Shown here in pieces: positions 1-10,419 of a DNA stretch of 64,000 nt. Below the pieces are notes generated by a model, which was not told the origin of the DNA, did no database searches, and saw only the letters and a program-made list of their open reading frames with translations. Position numbers and translations under genes: made by a program. The stretch comes from Candidatus Bathyarchaeota archaeon (GTDB lineage Archaea > Thermoproteota > Bathyarchaeia > Bathyarchaeales > Bathycorpusculaceae): the NCBI GenBank assembly GCA_963775685.1, contig CAVZJV010000014.1, positions 1,984,001-2,048,000 on the forward strand, given 5' to 3'. Position 1 is the stretch's first letter, and each line of letters begins with the position of its first letter.

Positions 1-1652
1 CAATTAACCTCAAAGAAGGCATCATGCTTAAGGAAGAAATCCGATATAAGGACGGCGAGGCAAGAAAAATTGACCCGGAAACCCATTTGTCAGTTGTCAA
101 CCTAGTTTTAAATACCTTGAAGAGTGGTGGGCAAGCGTTGATTTTTGCTTCAACAAGGAAGAACGCGGTTTCAGCGGCGAAAACCGTTGCAAGTCACATG
201 GACAAGGTGCTGGTGCCCAAGAGCGGCTCCAAACTGGTTAAGCGCTCACTGGAGCAACAGACAAGAGGCATTTTGGAGAAAGAAGCAAAGAAGATTTTGG
301 ATGCGGGAGAACGAACTCATCTAAGCGAGGAACTTGCCGATTTAGTTCGCTGCGGTACAGCCTACCACCATGCAGGCTTGTCTGGCGCCCACCGCAAAGT
401 CATCGAGGATGCATTCAAGGAACGAAAAATCAAGGTTCTGACGGCCACCCCCACTTTGGCTTGGGGAGTTAACTTGCCCGCCCGAACAGTCATCATTCAA
501 GACTACCGCCGCTTCGAAGCCGGATTAGGTAACTATCCCATCAGCGTGCTCGATTACAAACAGATGGCTGGGCGAGCAGGTAGACCAAAATACGACAAAT
601 TCGGCGAATCCGTGCTAATTGCCAAAACAGCCGCCGAAGAAGATTACCTGATGGAAAGCTATGTTTTGGCTAAGCCCGAGAGGATTTGGTCAAGGTTAGC
701 AGTTGAGAAAATCATCCGCGCACATGTTTTGTCAACCATAGCCTCAGACTTTGCCCACACTGAACAGGGCATTTACGAGTTTTTCGGCAAAACCTTCTAC
801 GCTTACCAGTATGATGTGAAAGCTATCCAAAACGTTATCAACAAAATTCTTCGCTTCCTCCACGATGAAGAGATGATTTACGTTGTGGGGGACAATATTT
901 TAGCCACCAATTTTGGAAAGCGCGTAAGTGAACTCTATATCGACCCCCTCTCGGGCGTAATAATCAGGGATGCATTGCAAATGAAACTGCCCTTATTAAC
1001 CGAGTTTAGTTTGCTGCATTTAGTTGCTCATACACCCGACATGGGACCAATCATGCGCCCTTACCAGCGCGAAATGGATAATTTGGCGGTACAATCTGAA
1101 GACCACAAACAAGAACTATTCGTAGAAGTTCCCGATCAATGGAGAGACCACGTTGGCTACGCTGACTTTTTGGGTGAAGTCAAAACTGCTATGGTTATGA
1201 ACAACTGGATAGAGGAGCTGCCGGAAGAAAAAATTCTAGAACGCTTCAATGTGCAGCCTGGAGATCTCTACCGAACCATCGAAACAGCCAAGTGGTTGCT
1301 ACACGGCGTAAACGAGCTCTCGCCAGTTGTTGCCAAGAACAGGGAGGTTTCCTCCCTAAGTCATGAACTGGTCGAGCGGGTTTCTAAAGGCATAAAGCGA
1401 GAGCTCTTGCCGATTGTGGCGCTGGAGGGTGTGGGCAGAGTCCGCGGACGCATAATCTTTGACGCAGGCTACCAAACCATCGAAGACCTTAAACATGCCC
1501 CAGTCGAAGACCTGACTAACCTCCCATCGGTTGGGCCAAGATTAGCCAAGAAAATCAAAGAGCAAGTTGGCGGGTTTGTTAAGAAAGAAACGTGGGAAAA
1601 CTTGGGAAAGGCACCCGATGAAGCCCAACAGAAGGGATTATTTGATTTTTAA
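1..1652 (+). CDS. hel308: ATP-dependent DNA helicase Hel308 (Ski2-like SF2), 5'-truncated by the window edge
   Basis: Helicase motifs QALIFASTRK, AYHHAGL, ATPTLAWGVNLPA, QMAGRAGRP; winged-helix/ratchet region and C-terminal HhH (GVGRVRGR, SVGPRLA). Walker A/DEAH part lies upstream of the window. Confidence 0.93.
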   Translation, partial: INLKEGIMLKEEIRYKDGEARKIDPETHLSVVNLVLNTLKSGGQALIFASTRKNAVSAAKTVASHMDKVLVPKSGSKLVKRSLEQQTRGILEKEAKKILDAGERTHLSEELADLVRCGTAYHHAGLSGAHRKVIEDAFKERKIKVLTATPTLAWGVNLPARTVIIQDYRRFEAGLGNYPISVLDYKQMAGRAGRPKYDKFGESVLIAKTAAEEDYLMESYVLAKPERIWSRLAVEKIIRAHVLSTIASDFAHTEQGIYEFFGKTFYAYQYDVKAIQNVINKILRFLHDEEMIYVVGDNILATNFGKRVSELYIDPLSGVIIRDALQMKLPLLTEFSLLHLVAHTPDMGPIMRPYQREMDNLAVQSEDHKQELFVEVPDQWRDHVGYADFLGEVKTAMVMNNWIEELPEEKILERFNVQPGDLYRTIETAKWLLHGVNELSPVVAKNREVSSLSHELVERVSKGIKRELLPIVALEGVGRVRGRIIFDAGYQTIEDLKHAPVEDLTNLPSVGPRLAKKIKEQVGGFVKKETWENLGKAPDEAQQKGLFDF

Positions 1653-2987
1653 GCGCTTTCAGCGAATTTTTCAGCCTGCTCGATTGCAGTGCCTAAATAG
1701 TTTTGTGGGTTTAGAGCTTGATCTATTTCTTTCTCGGTTAGTTTGTTGCTGACGAGGTTGTTTTCAATGAGCACTTGTTTAAATTGCTTCTTTTCAACTG
1801 CGCTTTTGATGGTGAGTTGCCTTAGTAGTTCGTGTGCTTCTTGTCGGTTTACACCCTTCTTTGTGAGTGTCATCATTACGGATTCCGACATAGCGCGTCC
1901 CTGCGTCAACGAGAGGTTCTGAAGCATGCGTTCTTCGTCGACACGGAGGTTTGTGACTATGTTGTACATGAGGTTTAAGATGTAGTCAAGAAGTATGGAT
2001 GACTCAGGTAAGATGAAGCGTTCGGCGGAGGACTGAGTTAGGTCACGTTCATGCCAAGTAATCATATCTTCAAAAGCTGGAGTGCTGAGACTTCGGATAA
2101 TTCGTGCTATACCGCAGACGCGTTCGCATGTTTCAGGATTCTGTTTGTGGGGCATAGTGGAGCTACCGACCTGTTTTTTTGCTTCAAAGGCTTCAAAGAG
2201 CTCGGCTATTTCGGGGCGTTGAAGTTCACGGATTTCCGTTGCAAAGTTCTCAAGTGAAGAAGCAACCATAGAGTAAATGCAAACAAGTTCGGCATACCGG
2301 TCGCGTTGCACAATCTGCGTCGAAATTTCTGCCGCTTGCAAACCGAGGCGCTTCATAACGAGCTGTTGAATCTGCTCGGCATGCTCACCCAAACCTGCTT
2401 GCGTGCCGACGGCGCCGCTTACTTTTCCAGCTAAAACACGTTTCTTGCTCTCTTCTAATCGTTCAAGGTGCCTGTTTACTTCATAGCCCCAGACCGCGAA
2501 CTTGAAGCCTAACGTAATTGGCAAGGCATGTTGCCCGTGAGTTCTGCCAATCATCACCGTGTTCTTGTATTTTGTAGCTTGTTTCTGCAAGGATTTCCTT
2601 GAACTCTAACAGCTTTTTCTGAAGAACTCCTATAGCGTCTTTTAGTTGCAACGCGTTTGCTGTGTCTACAATGTCATAGCTTGTCGCCCCCAGATGCACG
2701 TAGGCACCGCTTGACCCACAAACTTCAGACAAAGCTCGAACCAGCGAAGCTATGTCGTGTTTAATCTCCTTCTCAATCGCTTTCACACGCTCAACCTTAA
2801 CATATTTAGTGGATGCCCTCTCAGCAATTTTATCAGCGTCCTTTCTTGGAATATTTCCAACTTCTGCATGCGCCAAAGCCAAAGCTGCTTCAACATCAAG
2901 CAGCTTCTGGACTCGACTCTCTTCTTCGAAGATTTTTAGCATCTCTGGCGTTCCATATCTGCCGGTATCGATTGGGGTAATAGGCAA
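1649..2987 (-). CDS. purB: Adenylosuccinate lyase, split by one frameshift near 2590 (probable sequencing error)
   Basis: ORF 2481..2987 has PIDTGRYG, KHDIAS and YVHLGATSYDIVDTA. ORF 1649..2590 has GRTHGQHALP and the signature GSSTMPHKQNP. Removing one base in ATC CTT GCAG joins them as ...EILQKQATKYK... Confidence 0.93.
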
Positions 2988-3079
2988 GTTAGTGTTTCCT
3001 CAGGCTATGGATATGCAGATTAAAGATTAATGTTTTACCACGCACTAGACAATGTAAGCAAAATTAGGTGTATAAGGAC

Positions 3080-4528
3080 ATGAAAGTAACGGTTGCGGTT
3101 TTAGATAAAAATGGTGATAGCGCAGTTGACAGAGTCCTTAACGTGCTGAACTCGTTTGACTTGGGAGCCCCGTCGCGTTTTGGTTTAGTTTCTCCTAAAA
3201 AAAGTTTTTTTGAAAAAAACGTTACAATCATCAAAAAGCAGGGCTTAAAATCCTCTTCCGCGTCAGGCTACCTCACCTCTAAATCCAAGTCAGCAAGCGA
3301 TTATGAGCATTTGCAGTTAGATGATGCTACACTACTCTTTGAGGGCAGGGTGTATTCATCAGTGCCCAAAACTGCCCTTTTGGAGCAGGTTACAAAGTTG
3401 CCACTTCAGTGTGAAGCCGCCCTGCAAACACTCATTGAGCAGGCAGATGGAGATTATTCATTTCTGATGCTGAAGAACGGCTGGATTGCCTCTGGAAGAG
3501 ACCCAGTGGGTGTCCAACCCCTTTATTTTGGCGAAAACAAAGATATCGCTGCTTTTGCAACTAACCGACGTGCTCTCTGGAGACTCGGAATCGAGAATCC
3601 TCTGTCTTTTCCGCCGGGTAACTTGGGTTTCGTCAACAAAGAAGGTTTCAAATTCAAACCCATTAAAAACCTATCATTCTCTAAATCCATTACCATAAAA
3701 CTGGAAGATGCCGCAAAAACCCTTCAAACTCTTCTTGAACGGTCCATCCAGCGGCGTGTAAAAGGTTTAAAAGAGGTAGCTGTGGCGTTTTCAGGAGGCT
3801 TAGACAGCAGTTTAGTGGCTTTTTTGGCAAACAAATGCAACGTTAAAGTTAGCTTGCTCCATGTGAGCTTGGAGAATCAAGCGGAAACTGAAGAAGCCAT
3901 AAAATCTGCCGATAAACTGAATCTTCCTTTGCAAGTGCATTTGTTTAAGGACTCTGATGTTGAAGAAACATTGCCTAAAGTGGTCGAGTTAGTTGAGGCG
4001 TCTGATCCAGTCAAGGCAAGCATTGGGGTACCTTTTTATTGGGTTGCGAAGAAGGCTGCAGAGGAAGGTTTTAAGGTGATGTTGGCCGGGCAAGGCGCGG
4101 ATGAGTTATTTGGCGGCTACCAACGCTACGTAAAAGAGTACTGCAGGGACGGCAGCACAGTTTCGAAAACCATGTTTAGTGACGTGGTTAACCTCTACGA
4201 AAGCAACCTCGAGCGAGACTTAAAGATCACTGGTTTTTTTGATGTTGAATTGCGTTTGCCCTTCGGAGACTTTGAGCTTGCCGAGTTTGCTTTGAGTCTG
4301 CCCTTAGAGTGTAAAATGGAACAAAAACCCGAGACCCTCCGAAAGCTTGTTTTGCGAAAACTCTCCTTGGACGCTAGTTTACCCCCGGAAATAGCGAATA
4401 AACCGAAAAAAGCGGTTCAATACTCCACTGGAATCAACGATGCTGTAAAACGAATTGCAAAGAAACATCAAAAAAACGTTAATGAATACATCAATGAGCT
4501 ATTCCTGAAAACCAAAAACAATCCCTGA
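3080..4528 (+). CDS. Asparagine synthetase B-like protein with a degenerate Ntn domain (no N-terminal Cys)
   Basis: RDPVGVQPLY, PP-loop FSGGLDSS, GQGADELFGGY, KPKKAVQYSTG. The N-terminus MKVTVAV lacks the catalytic Cys1. Confidence 0.85.
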   Translation: MKVTVAVLDKNGDSAVDRVLNVLNSFDLGAPSRFGLVSPKKSFFEKNVTIIKKQGLKSSSASGYLTSKSKSASDYEHLQLDDATLLFEGRVYSSVPKTALLEQVTKLPLQCEAALQTLIEQADGDYSFLMLKNGWIASGRDPVGVQPLYFGENKDIAAFATNRRALWRLGIENPLSFPPGNLGFVNKEGFKFKPIKNLSFSKSITIKLEDAAKTLQTLLERSIQRRVKGLKEVAVAFSGGLDSSLVAFLANKCNVKVSLLHVSLENQAETEEAIKSADKLNLPLQVHLFKDSDVEETLPKVVELVEASDPVKASIGVPFYWVAKKAAEEGFKVMLAGQGADELFGGYQRYVKEYCRDGSTVSKTMFSDVVNLYESNLERDLKITGFFDVELRLPFGDFELAEFALSLPLECKMEQKPETLRKLVLRKLSLDASLPPEIANKPKKAVQYSTGINDAVKRIAKKHQKNVNEYINELFLKTKNNP

Positions 4529-4767
4529 TTGCTAAATACTGCTCAGGCTAAGTGAAACTTCAGCTCTCCCACTAGCTGATTCTGAATACGAATGGGTGAC
4601 GAGGGTCTGCGGTGGGGGGCGTTTCTTTTCTATTTTGTTAAGGTAGGGTAGCAGGTCTCCAAGAGAGATCGTGACGCTTCCGACAAAGCACAATTTACCT
4701 TAAAATAAGGGGTATAGAAAAAGTCCTAGCTAAACAGAATTAAAAAAAAAATAAAATTAAATAAAAA

Positions 4768-5946
4768 CTATGCTTTTTTGGCTATTTCCAACTCTTTTTT
4801 GAGTTGTTCAGCCTTGTCGGTTTTTTCCCAAGGAAATTCTACATCTTCCCTGCCGAAGTGGCCGAATACGGCTGTTTTCTTGTAGATGGGTCTTAGCAAG
4901 TTTAGTTGGTCGATGATGGCTTTGGGTCGCATGTCAAAGTACTTTTGGACTAACGCTAAGATTTGTTCATCCGGAAGTTTGCCTGTTTCGTTAGTGTTAA
5001 CCAAAACAGAGATTGGCTGCGCAACACCGATGGCATAACTGATTTGGATTTCGCATTGCTCTGATAAGCCGGAGGCAACTACATTTTTGGCGATGTATCG
5101 CGCCATGTAGCAGCCTGAACGGTCAACTTTGGATGGGTCTTTCCCGCTGAAGCATCCCCCTCCGTGGCTTCCGACTCCTCCATAAGTGTCAACGATTATT
5201 TTTCTGCCTGTTAAACCTGAGTCAGCTAAGGTTCCACCGATGACGAATCTTCCTGTTCCGTTTATGACGTATTTAATGTCTTCAGCTAACAAGTTCTCTG
5301 GAATAACATTCTTTATGACTTTTTCAACGATATCCTTCTTTAAGGTTGCATCGTCAACTGTTCCGTTGTTTTGAGCAGCGATTACGACAGTTTTAACGCA
5401 TTTAGGCTTGCCATTATCGTATTCGATTGTAACTTGGGATTTGCAGTCAGGACGCAAGTAAGGCATAAGTTTTGTTTTTCTGCATTCAGCTAAGCGTTTA
5501 ACCAGTTTTTGTGCTAGTATAATGGGTAGTGGCATGAGTTCTTTTGTCTCGTTTGTTGCGTATCCGAAAACCATGCCTTGGTCTCCAGCACCTTGCTCAT
5601 GGCCTTTAGATTCGGTTACTCCAATAGAAATGTCTGGGGACTGCTCAGTTAAAGAAACTAGAACTCCGCATGTTTCCCAATCTAACCCATCCTTTGCATT
5701 ATCAAAACCAATTTCTTTGAGTGTTTGACGGACAATTTTTGGGATGTTAACGTATGCGCAAGTGGTTATTTGGCCGGTAATCACTACTGTTCCCTGCATG
5801 ACGAGGGTTTCGCAGTCAACGCGTGCTTTGGGGTCATGGGTGAATATTGCGTCTAAAACGCTGTCGGATATTTGGTCTGCAACTTTGTCTGGGTGACCTT
5901 CACCGACTGATTCGGATGTAAACAAGTATTTTCCGTTTTTTTTCAT
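4768..5946 (-). CDS. metK: S-adenosylmethionine synthetase, bacterial/eukaryotic type
   Basis: [64 protein letters not shown]. The ORF is open from 5982; ATG 5946 is the likely start. Confidence 0.95.
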   Translation of the reverse strand: MKKNGKYLFTSESVGEGHPDKVADQISDSVLDAIFTHDPKARVDCETLVMQGTVVITGQITTCAYVNIPKIVRQTLKEIGFDNAKDGLDWETCGVLVSLTEQSPDISIGVTESKGHEQGAGDQGMVFGYATNETKELMPLPIILAQKLVKRLAECRKTKLMPYLRPDCKSQVTIEYDNGKPKCVKTVVIAAQNNGTVDDATLKKDIVEKVIKNVIPENLLAEDIKYVINGTGRFVIGGTLADSGLTGRKIIVDTYGGVGSHGGGCFSGKDPSKVDRSGCYMARYIAKNVVASGLSEQCEIQISYAIGVAQPISVLVNTNETGKLPDEQILALVQKYFDMRPKAIIDQLNLLRPIYKKTAVFGHFGREDVEFPWEKTDKAEQLKKELEIAKKA

Positions 5947-6106
5947 TGCAGTATCTCTTCCTTTCAATCGTGTAACAGCCATAGTAACTCGGAGTTTTTC
6001 TTAAAAGGCTTTCGACAAACATACAGTTAATCAATGAACTATTTTCTGTCTGGATGTCTGGCAGAAACCAATTTAACTCCTACAGACAACAAACGACCGA
6101 GATTAC

Positions 6107-6481
6107 ATGAAAAAAATGGTGTTAACCCAAATGCACCAAAACCACTCGGTCGATACAGTCAAGAGGTGCAAGCTGGCAATTTTCTTTTTATTTCAGGTCA
6201 GCTAGCTATTGAACCAAAAGAAGGCAAACTCATCGTTGAAGACATAAAGCTCCAAACCCGCCAAATTATGGCGAACCTTAAAGCCATCTTGGAAGCGGCA
6301 GGCTACAGCCCAAAAGAGGTAGTTCAATCTACAGTTTACCTTTCATCGATGTCGCTGTTAAGAGTTTAACCACGAATACGCTAAATACTTCAAGACGGAT
6401 TTCCCAGCACGAGCAACAGTTGCTACAATCCTCAAACCAGGTGCACTTGTCGCGGTTTCTGTGGTTGCTTACAAAGAATAG
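6107..6481 (+). CDS. ridA: RidA/YjgF/UK114 reactive-intermediate deaminase, with two frameshifts (near 6130 and 6360)
   Basis: [28 protein letters not shown] in one frame; [20 protein letters not shown]...VAYKE* in the next frame, ending at TAG 6479-6481. Confidence 0.8.
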
Positions 6482-6519
6482 CGCTTTGATAAGTTATAAA
6501 AACCAGCCACCGCTTAACT

Positions 6520-7161
6520 ATGATAGTGCAAAACATGGCACAATCCCTCAAGAAGTTTATTCAACAAATCGCCGGAAAAAAGGCTCCTGGACCCTCAACC
6601 ACCTTTACAATATTCCACGTTTTCTATGCGCTGGAGCTTCTGGCTCAAAAGCCCATAGGCAGAAACAAGTTGGCAGAAAAGCTGCAGGTTGGCGATGGAG
6701 CTGTTCGCACGATAATTAGCAGGCTTAAGTATGTTGGCTTGATTGAAACCTCCAAAGAGGGCTGCAACCTTACAAAAAAAGGTCAAATGATTTGGTTGCA
6801 ACTCGAAGACATTTTTCCTAAGCGTGTAGAGCTTTCACGCTCTGAGTTGACTGAATCAGCTTTTAACTTTGCTTTCTTAGTGAAGAATTGCAACCTCAAG
6901 GTTGGTTCTGGGATTGATCAGCGGGATGCAGCTATCATTGCAGGCGCACGCAAAGCTCTGGTTATTGTTTTTAAGAATGGGCACTTATGCATCGAATCGG
7001 TATGTGATTGCATAGAAAAACAGTATCCTAAAGCTGCAGTCCAGATTCTTAAGGAACTTGTGCCAACGGACAATGATGTAATCATCATTGCTGGCGCAGA
7101 TTCCACGCTGAAGGCTAAGCGAGGAGCGTTTGCCGCCAGTTGGTCGCTGATTGCCGCTTAG
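6520..7161 (+). CDS. wHTH + DUF4443-like putative transcriptional regulator
   Basis: APGP..F, PIGRNKLAEKLQVGDGAVRTI (HTH), GIDQRDAAIIAGA. Archaeal family usually found near MAT and GPN GTPase genes. Confidence 0.75.
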   Translation: MIVQNMAQSLKKFIQQIAGKKAPGPSTTFTIFHVFYALELLAQKPIGRNKLAEKLQVGDGAVRTIISRLKYVGLIETSKEGCNLTKKGQMIWLQLEDIFPKRVELSRSELTESAFNFAFLVKNCNLKVGSGIDQRDAAIIAGARKALVIVFKNGHLCIESVCDCIEKQYPKAAVQILKELVPTDNDVIIIAGADSTLKAKRGAFAASWSLIAA

Positions 7162-7919
7162 GTTGTGTATTTTTCTCCTTCGTTAAGGATGCGTTCAAGC
7201 ATCGTGTTAATGTTCACCATGCCTTCATTTGTTTTTGAGGAAACAGGCATTAATAGAAATTGCATGCCCAACTTGTTGATGGCTTGCATCATGTTGCGGC
7301 TAAAGAGGCGTTTTGTGCCTTCCAATTTCTGCTCAATTGCATCTTCTAATGAATTGGTGTTAGCTGACCAATTTGCAATTGCCTGCACATCTTTTTTGGG
7401 GATTAAATCGCTTTTTGAAAGCAGATGTACCTGAGGCTGGAAGAACCTGTTGTAAACGGCTGCAGCCAAGAACATGTTTGAAACGTAGTTGAGAGGGTTG
7501 ATTGAAAATACTGCGTCAAAAAGGTAGATTAGAGCTTTTGGTTCCTTGGTTAATTCGTTGACTATATATGGTCCACTTGCACGGAACGCGAAAAGCTCCA
7601 TTTGTCCAGGTGTATCCACCAAAACTATGTCTGCATGGGCTTCTTCGATGTCGCGTGTCAAGTTTTCGATTTCATCCGCGATCAAATCAGCAGCCATAAC
7701 CAAAGCGCCATTGGGACCTAAACCATACTTTTCCATAATGTCACCAACCTCCACATAGTTGCGGACATCAATATCAGGTTGATAAGGAAGCTTGAGTGCT
7801 CCAGGATCCAAATTGACAACAGCAACATCCTGCTTACTCATTTTTAGCCACTCAGCAAAAGCCGCTGTAAAAAACGATTTGCCAGAACCAGCTGTCCCAA
7901 TAATAAACGCTAAAGGCAT
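7158..7919 (-). CDS. GPN-loop GTPase
   Basis: GTAGSGKS, VNLDPG, LGPNGAL (GPN motif), DTPGQMELF, SKSD. Confidence 0.92.
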   Translation of the reverse strand: MPLAFIIGTAGSGKSFFTAAFAEWLKMSKQDVAVVNLDPGALKLPYQPDIDVRNYVEVGDIMEKYGLGPNGALVMAADLIADEIENLTRDIEEAHADIVLVDTPGQMELFAFRASGPYIVNELTKEPKALIYLFDAVFSINPLNYVSNMFLAAAVYNRFFQPQVHLLSKSDLIPKKDVQAIANWSANTNSLEDAIEQKLEGTKRLFSRNMMQAINKLGMQFLLMPVSSKTNEGMVNINTMLERILNEGEKYTT

Positions 7920-8221
7920 AACTTAGTCTCCAATGAACGTGTGAACTACGCTTTAGATAATAACCTTTCGACTTGAATTTTGTTTGAGTGTTTGTTTTAT
8001 TATAGTAGTTGTGGTGAAAAGTTTGCTATAAACAACAATCACCAGCAGGCTGCCTTGCTCAAAGCGTTTTGTGTTCGGAGTCGGGTATGGGTTGCAGACG
8101 GTTGTGCACAGCTGACACAAGCAGAGTGAGGCAAACCCAAAAGCTGCCTTGCGCAATTTTTTTTATAACCCTTTAATGAAGCAGCCAAAGCTGGTATCGC
8201 AAATTTAAGCTTTTGCGGAAT

Positions 8222-9373
8222 TTATTGGAGAGGCCCTGTTTCTGACAGCTGAGTAATTGGCGACGCAAGTTTCCTACGCGTCACTTTGACAACTACAACC
8301 GCAAATACAGTTATCACTAAGACTAAAGCAACAATTAAAACAACAATCAACGTCGGCAAAACAACAATGTTCGTATGGGAGCTTGTCGCGCCATTATACT
8401 GACGGTTTCCAACCCAACTTGCTTGAAGTGCTACACTCCCCGCTGGAGGAACCCAACTGTAATTAAAACTTCCATCAGCTTGCGTTAGCAACGTGCCAAT
8501 TGTTGTCCAGCCGCCTTTGTTGATGTTGGCTTTTAAGGTAACGTTTACGTTTGCGGTTTGCGGCAGAATTTGGCCGTTGACGGTTACGTTGCCGTTTTCA
8601 ATCATGATAGGTGAGGAAATTTTAAGTGCTATAGTGCTGGGCTCCAATTCTCTTAGAGTTGCAGAAACTTGCCCAACCGATGTTTGCGCAATGTTCTCAA
8701 GCGATAATACTTCTGAGGAAACGTTTTGGTATTTGCTTGGGGTTTCCCCAATGCGCCAGCCATCTCGCCACTGCTCCCCAGTGCATTCACCAATATAGTA
8801 AGAGACATTGTTGTAGTCTACACTGTAGACTTTCACTCTAGCTTCGGTGGGTGCAGTACCAAGGTCCACTCCGATTTCCATATGCAACAGGTCCCTATAA
8901 TATATGAGAACAGCGTTGATTCCACCTGCCTCCAAGATTGAAGCAGCAATGTAAACGAAAAGATCACAGTCACCCATATCTTCGACCAAGGTTTCAACTG
9001 GGTATTTGCCAGGAACCACTTCCTTGTAAGTTATCTGGTGCACAAGCATCAAAACGCCGTTTGTGAAGTCTTCGGTGTTGTTGTAGATTTGCCAGAGCCT
9101 GTCAGCGATGGGTTTTAGCGCATATGGAATAACAAACTTGGCTAAATCCCCAGCAGAATAGGTGACATGGCTTTGCAGGGCATAGTATTGGTAGAGCGTT
9201 TGAGGTATCGTCACGTTTAGTTCGTAGGTTAAGTTGCCCTCTGGTTTGTTTAAGAGAAGAAACGACGAGGTGTAATTTCCAGTTTGGGTCTGTGATTTGC
9301 CAAGCGGCAACAGCGAAAAAGAAACCACTATGATTACTGTCAGGGTAATTGTTTTGAGGTGCCTGTCTTTCAT
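8222..9373 (-). CDS. Secreted, membrane-anchored transglutaminase-like cysteine protease with an Ig-like domain
   Basis: Signal peptide; YPVETL..GDCD (Cys), HMEIGV (His), GECT; Ig-like repeat; C-terminal TM helix followed by RRK. Confidence 0.7.
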   Translation of the reverse strand: MKDRHLKTITLTVIIVVSFSLLPLGKSQTQTGNYTSSFLLLNKPEGNLTYELNVTIPQTLYQYYALQSHVTYSAGDLAKFVIPYALKPIADRLWQIYNNTEDFTNGVLMLVHQITYKEVVPGKYPVETLVEDMGDCDLFVYIAASILEAGGINAVLIYYRDLLHMEIGVDLGTAPTEARVKVYSVDYNNVSYYIGECTGEQWRDGWRIGETPSKYQNVSSEVLSLENIAQTSVGQVSATLRELEPSTIALKISSPIMIENGNVTVNGQILPQTANVNVTLKANINKGGWTTIGTLLTQADGSFNYSWVPPAGSVALQASWVGNRQYNGATSSHTNIVVLPTLIVVLIVALVLVITVFAVVVVKVTRRKLASPITQLSETGPLQ

Positions 9374-9452
9374 GCTCTACACTGCGATGGGTTTTTGCTT
9401 TTCAGATATTGCAGTTTGCTTAAATTGTTATTCCCAAATCGCTTTTTGGCTC

Positions 9453-10269
9453 TCAAAACTCAGCCGTGACTAACCCGCCGTTTTGCCGAATTAATGTGGC
9501 GAGCTCTTTTCCTGCTTTTGCAAAGCTTTTCGCGGGGTTTTTGCTTTTTGCTTGCTGTGATAGTTAGGTGGATTTCAATGTGGGGCCTATTTTCCGACGG
9601 CACATGATGCGATTTCACATATACCCCTTAGGTTTTCGCTCATTACTTTGTCTATAAAGGGCGACAACTGGGACTCAGTGATGTTGTGTGCAAAAATGCT
9701 TTTCTCACAAAAAACCCAATCTCCAACCGCTTGCGCTATCAGCGGTGCAATGGTTTCATCAAAAATCGCTTCCATCTCGATTGGTACACCGGGGAGAGCA
9801 AAAAGCACCGTGACCTCAACATCAACACATACTCCTGGCGCGGTTCCAACTGGGTTGTTAACTGGCTTTGTTTCCTGAGGCAGAGTCGCTATTTTGACTC
9901 TTAGAGGCATCAACTTCTGTTGGCACCCCCTCTTCTTTTGGCGTATTGAATACATCTTTCCCTTGACCTTAATAAGGCGGTTGAGTTTACTTCTAATTTT
10001 TGGTTTGTTGCTTTGGCTATCCCTTGGAGGGTTGCGTCGTCAAAGGTTGGTCATAACCCGCCTGTTGTGATTATGAACTGTGGTTTTCGCGCTATGGCTT
10101 CGCAAACTCTGTTAGCGACTCCTTGAATGATGTCTTGGATTACTGTTACTCGTTTGACGTTTGCGCCGAGTTGAGTGGCTCGTTTGGCTAGGTGGTGTGC
10201 GTTTGTGTCTTTGATTTTGCCTGTGAGCAGTTCGTTGCCTATGCAGATGATTTCTGTGTCTGTTTTCAT
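9453..10269 (-). pseudogene. cinA: Decayed CinA-like / molybdopterin-binding (MoCF domain) protein
   Basis: EIICIGNELLTGKIKDTN...ITTGGL*PTFDD has an in-frame TGA (10051-10053) at the conserved Gly. Further frameshifts precede NPVGTAPG, LPGVPIEMEAIF and the C-terminal HIEIHLT segment. Confidence 0.8.
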
Positions 10270-10419
10270 GCGGGTTCTTCTGAGGATGTTAAGTGGTATC
10301 GTTGTTTTCTTTTATACCGTTTGCTTGTTACGTTTGCTTGTTAGATTAGCCAAGTATGCTTTTTTTCCAGTTTGTCGTCGAAATATTTTTATGTACATAT
10401 CGATAACTCCAAATAAAAG

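Noticed and set aside
4529-4767. Possible ncRNA/SAM riboswitch or 53-aa ORF next to metK
   Set aside because: It lies downstream of metK, with no recognisable riboswitch, tRNA or protein motif.
10051-10053. In-frame TGA at a conserved Gly in cinA as UGA recoding (Gly or Sec)
   Set aside because: TGA terminates other genes normally (e.g. 4528, 45515, 55279), and the gene has further frameshifts. A GGA-to-TGA nonsense mutation in a pseudogene is simpler.
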